From: Okeania sp.
Lineage (GTDB): Bacteria > Cyanobacteriota > Cyanobacteriia > Cyanobacteriales > Microcoleaceae
Reading direction: 5' to 3'
Assembly: GCF_035285525.1 (NCBI RefSeq)
Contig: NZ_JAYKGW010000090.1
Location: 1-32,000 of the forward strand
Length of the DNA stretch: 32,000 nucleotides
Below, one piece after another: positions 6,500 to 13,626 of the stretch. A program made the translations under genes and the position numbers. Below the pieces are notes generated by a model. It worked only from the letters and a program-made list of their open reading frames with translations. It was not told where the DNA came from and did no database searches. Within the stretch, counting starts at the first letter, position 1. Every line of letters starts with the position of its first letter.

Positions 6500-8404
6500 A
6501 TGAACCCTACTACTATTCAAATAGCACTAGCTGCTGTATTGGCGACAAAAGCTTTGGAAAAAACAGGAGAAAATATTGATGAGGTAGTCTGGAATCAAAG
6601 TGCTAAATTTATAGAATCTCTGAAACAACAATCTCCAAATACTGTAACTGCCATTGAAAAATCATCAGAGCAACCTTTAAATTATCGTCAGGTGGTTTTG
6701 CAAATTCTGGGAGCAGTAACTAATCGTAATGTAGCTCAGACAATACAGGAGTTAGCAGCAGCAGTAGAAGAAAATCCTCATCCTAAAATCAATCAAGTTT
6801 TACAAGAAATAGAAAAAATACTAAATTTTCAGCAGCAAACAAAAGCACAGTTGTATAGTCAGTTAGTAGAAGAGTTTTATCACTCTCAAAGCGATCGCTT
6901 TCCCATTCACAAAACTAGGCGACAGGAATTAGAAAAAGCTTTGGGTGAACTAGCAAAACAAAATATTGACTCTAATAGCGATCGCTCCCCATTACAGAAA
7001 AATTTGATTGAGCAAATATTGGGAGTTGCTGATGATGAAAATTCTTTATTTGATGTAGCATTGCAAATTGGTTGGCTAAATAATGTGCAGGTAGCAGCAG
7101 GTTCACCCACAGAAAAAGTCTATGCTTTTTTTCATCCCAGGTTTGAAGAATATTTTGCTGCCATAGCGATCAATAATTGCAATTTTTTCTTCCCTCCCCC
7201 AGAGAATAATAAACCTGTAAAACTTGAACGTTATCGAATTTTTCAGCCACAGTGGAAACAAGTGATTTTGCTGTGGTTAGGGAGAGAGGATTTGGAGGAG
7301 GAAAAGAAAGAAGAATTTATTAAAGCTTTAACCAAGTTTAAGGATAGATATGGAGACTTTTTGATTCAAACCGGAAAAAAAATTTATACATATCAGGCTT
7401 ATTTTCTAGCTGCTGCTGGAGTTGTTGAATTTCCCCAATGCAGCCAAACTGATAAAATAGTGAACACAGTAGTTTATTGGGCATGCAATCATAGGTTAAA
7501 GGAAATAGAAACAAAAGCTCAAAGGATTTTACTAGAAACTCCCAGAAAAAAAACTATCAATGCTTTAGTCAAATTGTTGGGGTACACTTCTGATAATAAG
7601 ACTCGCACTCAAGCAGCAGAAAGCTTAGGCAAAATTGGCACCGGAAATGAATATGCAATTGATAGTTTGGTAAATTTGTTACAGTCTACCCCCAATCGTT
7701 GGACTCGCAACCAAGTAGCAGAAAGCTTAGGCAAAATTGGCACCGGAAATGAAAAAGCTATTAATAGTTTAGTGTATTTATTGAAATCTACCTTTGATGA
7801 TACTCGCAGGAAAGCAGCAGAGACCCTAGGAAAAATTGATCCTGGCAATCAAAAAGCGATTGATAGTTTAGTGCAATTATTGGAGTCTACTTCTAATAAT
7901 CAGATTCGCAGACAAGCAGCAGAAACCCTAGGAAAAATCGATCCCGGAAATCAAAAAGCGATTGATAGTTTAGTACAATTATTGGAGTCTACTTCTGATG
8001 ATAAAACTCGCAGACAAGCAGCATATAGCTTAGAGAAAATTGGCATGGGCAATGAGAAAGCAATTGATGGTTTACTACAATTATTAGAGTCTACTTCTGA
8101 TGATTCTACTCGCTTGATAACAACCTATAGTTTAGGGAAAATTGGTATCGGTAATCAGAAAGCCATTGATAGTTTAGCAAATTTATTAAAGTCTAGTTCT
8201 GATAAGTATATTCGCTGGGGAGTAGGAGAATCTTTAAGAAAAATTGACCCTGGTAATCAAACAGCAATAGATAGTTTTGCGTATTTACCGGGGTCTACTT
8301 CTGATCATACTGGCTTTCGAGCCAAAAAACATCGTTGGTTATTTTTATTGCTATGCTTTTTGTTAGGAATAGCCCTAGTCTTGACACTTCCTTTAATCTT
8401 TTAA
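6500..8404 (+). CDS. HEAT-repeat protein: N-terminal helical module, NACHT-like C-terminal remnant without a P-loop, about 7.5 HEAT-like repeats, hydrophobic C-terminal tail
   Basis: 634-codon ORF behind a strong SD. VYAFFHPRFEEYFAA followed by YRIFQPQWKQVILLWLGRED resembles the post-NTPase region of cyanobacterial NACHT proteins (from memory). I see no GxxxxGK[ST]. The 34-aa units AIDSLVxLLxSTSDxxTRxxAAExLGKIGxGNxK run from about 7556 to 8290. The last 22 aa are hydrophobic. Confidence 0.85.
   Translation: MNPTTIQIALAAVLATKALEKTGENIDEVVWNQSAKFIESLKQQSPNTVTAIEKSSEQPLNYRQVVLQILGAVTNRNVAQTIQELAAAVEENPHPKINQVLQEIEKILNFQQQTKAQLYSQLVEEFYHSQSDRFPIHKTRRQELEKALGELAKQNIDSNSDRSPLQKNLIEQILGVADDENSLFDVALQIGWLNNVQVAAGSPTEKVYAFFHPRFEEYFAAIAINNCNFFFPPPENNKPVKLERYRIFQPQWKQVILLWLGREDLEEEKKEEFIKALTKFKDRYGDFLIQTGKKIYTYQAYFLAAAGVVEFPQCSQTDKIVNTVVYWACNHRLKEIETKAQRILLETPRKKTINALVKLLGYTSDNKTRTQAAESLGKIGTGNEYAIDSLVNLLQSTPNRWTRNQVAESLGKIGTGNEKAINSLVYLLKSTFDDTRRKAAETLGKIDPGNQKAIDSLVQLLESTSNNQIRRQAAETLGKIDPGNQKAIDSLVQLLESTSDDKTRRQAAYSLEKIGMGNEKAIDGLLQLLESTSDDSTRLITTYSLGKIGIGNQKAIDSLANLLKSSSDKYIRWGVGESLRKIDPGNQTAIDSFAYLPGSTSDHTGFRAKKHRWLFLLLCFLLGIALVLTLPLIF
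7556..8290 (+). repeat. In-frame 102-bp (34-codon) tandem repeat, about 7 units
   Basis: GCnATTGATAGTTTAGTnCAATTATTGGAGTCTACTTCTGAT... recurs with a 102-bp period. One unit is 33 codons. Confidence 0.9.
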
Positions 8405-8528
8405 CAAAAAATGCTATTCAAAAAGTTGAAAAATACTCAAAAAGAATAGTTAGCAAAAATGGGGAATTTGGAAATTTAGGAATTTCAGAATTATAATTGG
8501 GGGATTATCGAAAAGGTAGTCAGAAGAA

Positions 8529-8557
8529 TTGTCCCTTGATTTTTCTGTAATTATTAA
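8529..8557 (+). promoter_or_regulatory. Candidate sigma70-type promoter of HEAT cassette 2
   Basis: TTGTCC (8529-8534), a 17-nt spacer, then TATTAA (8552-8557). The leader 8444-8572 is paralogous to 6400-6499. The SD AGGAGG is at 8563-8568. Confidence 0.3.
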
Positions 8558-8572
8558 ATTCTAGGAGGAAAT

Positions 8573-11500
8573 ATGGATTCTACTACTATTGCAATAGCCC
8601 TATCTGCTGTATTGGGGACAAAAGCTGGGGAAAAAACCGGAGAAAATATTGGGGAGGAACTTTGGGACAAAAGCGTTAAATTTCTGGAATCTCTCAAACA
8701 AAAATCTCCCGATATTTTAACTGCTATTGAACAAGTTTCAGAGCAGCCTTTAGATTACGGTGAGAAGGTTTTGGAAATGCAGAAAGGAGTAGCTAATCCT
8801 GATGTCGCCAAGACAATGCAAGAATTAGCAATAGCAGTAGAAGAAAATCCTCATCCGATAATCATTGATGGTATCGTGCAATTGTTAGGGTCTACTTCTA
8901 ATGATAATACTCGCACTCTAGCAGCAGAAAGCTTAGGGAAAATTGGTAAAGGCAATAAGTACGCAATTGATAGTTTGGTACATTTGCTGGGATCTACTTC
9001 TAATTATTTGACTCCCAGGAAAGCAATATATAGCTTAGAGAAAATTGGCATGGGGAATAAGTATGCCATTGATAGCTTGGTAAATTTATTGGGGTCTACT
9101 TCTAATGATAATACTCGCTTGATCGCAGTATATAGTTTAGAGAAAATTGGCATGGACAATAAGTATGCCATTGATAGTTTGATAAATTTGTTGAAGTCTA
9201 CTTCTGATGATAATACTCGCAGAAAAGTAGCATTAAGCTTAGGAACAATTGCTATAGGTAACAAGTATGCCATTGATAGTTTGGTAGATTTATTGAAGTC
9301 TACTTCTGATGATAATACTCGCTTGATCGCAGTACATAGCTTAGAGAAAATTGGCAAGAGCGACCAGTATGCAATTGATAGTTTGGTGCATTTATTGGAG
9401 TCTACTTCTGATAATTTAACTCGCAGAAGAGCAGCAAAAATTTTAGGAAAAATTGACCCCGGCAATCAAAAAGCCATTGATAGTTTGATAGATTTGTTGC
9501 AGTCTACTTCTGATCGTGAGACTTGCATAGAAGCAGCAGAAACTCTAGGGAAAGTTGGCACAGGCAATCAAAAAGCCATTGATAGTTTGGTAGATTTGTT
9601 GCAGTTTACTTTTGATGATGATACTTCCAGGGAAGCAGCAGACAGTCTAGGGAAAATTGGTTGGGGCAATAAATCTGCAATTGATGGTTTAGTGCAATTA
9701 TTGATATCTACTTCTGATGATTATACTCGCACTATAGCAGCAGAAAACTTAGGGAAAATTGGCACAGGCAATCGGAAAGCCATTAATAGTATGGTGCAAT
9801 TATTGAGGTCTACTTCTGATGATTATACTCGCACTATAGCAGCAGAAACTCTAGAGAAAATTGGCTGGGGGAATAAGTATGCAATTGATGGTTTGGTGCA
9901 ATTGTTGGGTTCTACTATTGATGATGATACTCGCACTATAGCAACAGAAACCCTAGAGAAAATTGGCATGGGTAATCAAAAAGCCATTGATGATTTGATG
10001 CCTCAGTTGGAGTCTAATTCTGATAATTCTACTCCCACTATAAAAGCAAAAAACTCAGGGAAAATTACCACCAGCAATGAGAAAGCCATTGATGATTTAG
10101 TAAATTTATTGGGTTCTACTTCTGATAACTATACTCGCTTGCGAGCAGCAGAAACTCTAGAGAAAATTGGCATGGGTAATGAATATGTAATTGATGGTTT
10201 AGTGCAATTATTAAGATCTACTTTTGATGATAATACTCGGACTCTAGCAGCAGAAACTCTAGAGAAAATTGGCATGGGTAATGAGTATGCAATTGATGGT
10301 TTAGTGCAATTATTGAGGTCTACTTCTGATAATTCTACTTGCACTATAGCAACAAAAACTCTAGAAAAAATTGGCATGGGTAATGAGTATGCAATTGATG
10401 GTTTAGTGAAATTATTGAGGTCTACTTCTGATGATTATATTGGCACTATAGCAGCAGAAACTATCAAGAAAATTGGCATGGGCAATGAGTATGCAATTGA
10501 TGGTTTAGTGAAATTATTGAAGTCTACTTCTGAGAATAAGACTTGTTGGCGAGCTGCAGAAACTCTAGGGAAAATTAGCATGGGCAATCAAAAAGCCATT
10601 GATGGTTTCGTGCAATTTTTGGTGTCTAACTCTACTCTTTGGATTCGCAGGAAAGTACCAGAAACCATAGAGAAAATTGGCATAGGTAATCAGAAAGCAA
10701 TTAATGGTTTGGTGCAATTATTGGAGTCTACTTCTGACAAGAATACTCGCTGGCGAGCAACAGAAACCTTAGAGAAAATTGGCAGGGGAAATCAGAAAGC
10801 TATTGATGGTTTAGTGCAATTATTAGGAACTACTTCTGATGATTATCTGCGCACTATAGTATCAGAAATCATCAAGAAAATTGGCAGGGGAAATCAGCAA
10901 GCTATTGATAGTTTAGTTCAATTATTGGGGTCTACTTCTGATTATTTTACTCGCATTATAACAGCAGAAATTCTTGAGAAAATTGGCAGGGGAAATCAGA
11001 AAACTATTGATATTTTTCTAAAATTGTTAGCATCTAGTTCTGATAAAAATACTCGCACTTTAGCAGCACAAACCCTAGAAAAAATTGGCAGGGGAAATCA
11101 GGAAGCAATTGATAGTTTGCTGCAATTATTAGGCTCTACTTCTGATAAGTATACTCGGACTACAGCAGCAGAAACCCTGGAGAAAATTGGCAGTGGAAAT
11201 CAGAGAGCAATTGATAGTTTAGCACATTTATTGAAGTCTACTTCTAGTGATAGTTTAGCAGATTTATTAGAGTCTACTTCTGATGATTTAACTCGCTCAA
11301 TAGCGGCAAAAAGCTTGGAGAAAATTAGTACAGGCAATCAAAAAGCTATTGATAGTTTGGCAGATTTATTGCAGTCTACTTCTGATTATTCTACTCGCTC
11401 GATAGCAGCAGAAACTTTAGAAAAAATCGGCATAGGCAATCAAAAAGCTATTGATAGTTTGGTGCATTTATTGGAGTCTACTTCTGATTATTTTACTCGC

Positions 11501-11800
11501 TCGATAGCAGCAGAAACTTTAGAAAAAATTGGCATAGGCAATCAAAAAGCTATTGATGATTTAGTACATTTATTGAGGTCTACTGCTGATGATTATACTC
11601 GCTTGATAGCATCAGAAACTCTAGAAAAAATTGGCTGGGGAAATCAGAAAGCTATTGATGGTTTTGTACAATTGTTGGCGTCTACTTCTGATGACAAAAC
11701 TCGCTGGAAAGCAGCAAAAAGGTTGGATAAAATTAGCATGAGCAATCAAAAAGCTATTGATGATTTAGTACATTTGTTGGGGTCTACTATTGTTCCTTGA
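8573..11800 (+). CDS. Giant HEAT-repeat protein: the same N-terminal helical module fused directly to about 29 HEAT-like repeats
   Basis: 1075-codon ORF behind a strong SD. Residues 1-95 are about 64 percent identical to gene 1 by hand alignment (61/95). At ENPHP|IIIDGIVQLLGSTS the protein enters the repeat array and stays in it to the stop codon. Confidence 0.85.
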   Translation: MDSTTIAIALSAVLGTKAGEKTGENIGEELWDKSVKFLESLKQKSPDILTAIEQVSEQPLDYGEKVLEMQKGVANPDVAKTMQELAIAVEENPHPIIIDGIVQLLGSTSNDNTRTLAAESLGKIGKGNKYAIDSLVHLLGSTSNYLTPRKAIYSLEKIGMGNKYAIDSLVNLLGSTSNDNTRLIAVYSLEKIGMDNKYAIDSLINLLKSTSDDNTRRKVALSLGTIAIGNKYAIDSLVDLLKSTSDDNTRLIAVHSLEKIGKSDQYAIDSLVHLLESTSDNLTRRRAAKILGKIDPGNQKAIDSLIDLLQSTSDRETCIEAAETLGKVGTGNQKAIDSLVDLLQFTFDDDTSREAADSLGKIGWGNKSAIDGLVQLLISTSDDYTRTIAAENLGKIGTGNRKAINSMVQLLRSTSDDYTRTIAAETLEKIGWGNKYAIDGLVQLLGSTIDDDTRTIATETLEKIGMGNQKAIDDLMPQLESNSDNSTPTIKAKNSGKITTSNEKAIDDLVNLLGSTSDNYTRLRAAETLEKIGMGNEYVIDGLVQLLRSTFDDNTRTLAAETLEKIGMGNEYAIDGLVQLLRSTSDNSTCTIATKTLEKIGMGNEYAIDGLVKLLRSTSDDYIGTIAAETIKKIGMGNEYAIDGLVKLLKSTSENKTCWRAAETLGKISMGNQKAIDGFVQFLVSNSTLWIRRKVPETIEKIGIGNQKAINGLVQLLESTSDKNTRWRATETLEKIGRGNQKAIDGLVQLLGTTSDDYLRTIVSEIIKKIGRGNQQAIDSLVQLLGSTSDYFTRIITAEILEKIGRGNQKTIDIFLKLLASSSDKNTRTLAAQTLEKIGRGNQEAIDSLLQLLGSTSDKYTRTTAAETLEKIGSGNQRAIDSLAHLLKSTSSDSLADLLESTSDDLTRSIAAKSLEKISTGNQKAIDSLADLLQSTSDYSTRSIAAETLEKIGIGNQKAIDSLVHLLESTSDYFTRSIAAETLEKIGIGNQKAIDDLVHLLRSTADDYTRLIASETLEKIGWGNQKAIDGFVQLLASTSDDKTRWKAAKRLDKISMSNQKAIDDLVHLLGSTIVP
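8858..11797 (+). repeat. In-frame 102-bp tandem array: 28 full units plus 2 partial units
   Basis: My segmentation of the translation gives 28 units of 34 aa, one 13-aa partial unit and a 15-aa terminal partial unit (95+952+13+15=1075). Neighbouring units reach about 94 percent DNA identity, e.g. 11345-11446 vs 11447-11548. Confidence 0.9.
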
Positions 11801-11818
11801 TTTTGCTGCAATTATTCA
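11790..11818 (+). promoter_or_regulatory. Orphan third copy of the cassette promoter/leader motif, overlapping the gene 2 stop codon
   Basis: TTGTTC, a 17-nt spacer, then TATTCA. The context ATTGTTCCTTGATTTTGCTGCAATTATT parallels ATTGTCCCTTGATTTTTCTGTAATTATT at 8528-8555. No SD, ATG or N-module follows. Confidence 0.3.
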
Positions 11819-12563
11819 GTGCTACCCACCTATCAGTTCCCAAAAAAAAGTATTAGGATATTAATAAAATTAAAATTATTTACAACCAATAGTTTTGGGT
11901 TTAGCTCATAGCTGAAAGCTAAACCATTAAGGTTATAAATTATATTTATGACGTTGGGCTTCAGCAAATTCATCAAAAGAACTAAATATATTCTTGATAA
12001 TTTAATGTTGTTTATTTTAACATAGTGGGCTTCTTCAATTACTAAAATTCAAAAAGATAGTACAATTTAAAATTAAGCTTTGGCTGGAAAATTGGCGCTT
12101 GGTAGTGGATAGAAAAGCTGGTATTCTGACTTTAGCAATGGATAATTAATAATTAATAATTGATAATGAATTAAAATACTAAACTTTGTAATAAACTCTT
12201 TTTTTAGAGAAGAAAAATGTAATCTTTTTTTTAATCTAATACAAAAGTTTTTCAACTAAATAATTATTCATTATCAATTATCTATAGATGCTTTGATATT
12301 TATTCAGAAAGCCCTAGCTATGTTCAGGCGATCGCTTTTTTCCAGTTTTCAAGTTCAAAAAGACTTAGAGATTTTGTTAAAGCAATTTATCCTAATTCTA
12401 TTAAAGCTAAATAAGTTGGATGTTTGAAAGAATTTTTTCTAAAACTTTCTATCACCTTCTATTTCTCATGCTCAGAACCAAACTTTTTTTCTGTTGTGCT
12501 AATAAGATCTTTTGCTAATCGCTCGCTAAATCCCACCACAAAAGACAAAGAAAATAGAGACAT

Positions 12564-13454
12564 TCATCTTTGCTCTTGTCTCGTTTCATTATCAAGTTCG
12601 CCAAAAGTAATAGGAATAATTCTTCCCTGTAAAACAGCAAAGATTAAAATACCAAATGTACCTCCGATTAGAGGCTTATAAAAACCAACTAAGATAGGAA
12701 TTATAGAGTCTTGATACTGATAATCTTCTTCAGATTGTTGATAATTACTCAGTCTAGATAAGATACTAATTATGCTACCTATAGCACCAGCAGTAAAACA
12801 CAAGTCGCCTAACCAAACTGTCATTTTAAAATCGTTTATATACATATCTGGCGAGTCATTTGTTCTGCTAGAAATATCTGATGAAAGAATTCCTTTTGAC
12901 TCTAGAAAAATTTCTAAATTATCGCTTCCCGACAATAAACCTAGAGGAGTAAGAATATAAAATGGAATTCCTATAATTAACCCTAGTAAAATTTTCAGAA
13001 TAATCTTAGAGGTAACTTTTCGATAAAAATTAATAGGTAAAGCTAGCCAAAAATTTTTAATTCTTCTGATTCTAAATTCTCCATCTATTCGCAGTCTTTT
13101 AATCAGCAGTATTTGAGGATTATGCTGAAAAGATTGAATGGCAATCTTAAGATTCAATAGTAAATTAGCTACTTCTGATTTTTTGTGAATATTTTTAATT
13201 AATTTTCCAGATAGATATAGAGTTTTGATATCTAAGAGTAATATCAAAATTTTAGAAACTTCTTCTTGATTTTCTTCACTTAATTCCTGGATAAAATTAG
13301 GGTCGGTAATTAGTTCATTGATTTGGGCTAATAAATCATATACTTGGGTATCTATTTCATCAATAACCTGAAGATAATGTTGTGCCTCGGAAACTGGCTT
13401 TTTTTCCGAATAATTTAATTCAGAATTATTAAAATCATGTTTTGGCTGAATCAT
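12564..13454 (-). CDS. Hypothetical membrane protein: helical N-terminal half and three C-terminal TM segments
   Basis: The ORF track gives 12564-13469 from a TTG start. The first ATG (MIQPKHDF) is at 13454. Predicted TM segments are ILKILLGLIIGIPFYILTPLGLL, VWLGDLCFTAGAIGSIISILSRL and IIPILVGFYKPLIGGTFGILIFAVL. I recognise no family. Confidence 0.6.
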   Translation of the reverse strand: MIQPKHDFNNSELNYSEKKPVSEAQHYLQVIDEIDTQVYDLLAQINELITDPNFIQELSEENQEEVSKILILLLDIKTLYLSGKLIKNIHKKSEVANLLLNLKIAIQSFQHNPQILLIKRLRIDGEFRIRRIKNFWLALPINFYRKVTSKIILKILLGLIIGIPFYILTPLGLLSGSDNLEIFLESKGILSSDISSRTNDSPDMYINDFKMTVWLGDLCFTAGAIGSIISILSRLSNYQQSEEDYQYQDSIIPILVGFYKPLIGGTFGILIFAVLQGRIIPITFGELDNETRQEQR

Positions 13455-13626
13455 ATTTATATATAGCAATCCTATTTTATTCGTGTCAAAAATCTTACTA
13501 CTTTTTCGGGAACAAGTAAGAGTTACGGTTCCCGATAAATCAGTTTTTTTATCTACTTTTTGATTTGTCGCAACCTAATTTAGGGTTGCGATAAAGGGGT
13601 GGATTAACTTCCCCTCCTGGGAGGGG

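Noticed and set aside
7609-7848. Antisense ORFs inside the HEAT-repeat arrays (7609-7848, 9004-9465 and 10129-10377, minus strand)
   Set aside because: Their peptides are themselves periodic (MPIFSKL...) and simply mirror the 102-bp repeat. They stay open only because the repeat unit lacks stops in that antisense frame. The sense frames have strong SDs and recognisable HEAT-like motifs.
7556-11797. Reading the 34-aa repeats as TPR because of the 34-residue period
   Set aside because: The conserved pattern (AIDxLVxLL..S.D...R..AAE.LGKIG.GN) is the HEAT/PBS-lyase-like helix-turn-helix signature. It is not the TPR W-L-G-Y-A-F-A-P small/large residue pattern.
12073-12960. Short ORFs 12073-12255 (-), 12424-12681 (+) and 12772-12960 (+)
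   Set aside because: They are 60-85 codons in very AT-rich DNA with no RBS. Two are antisense to the 12564-13454 membrane-protein gene, and their peptides are I/L/K/F-rich as expected by chance.
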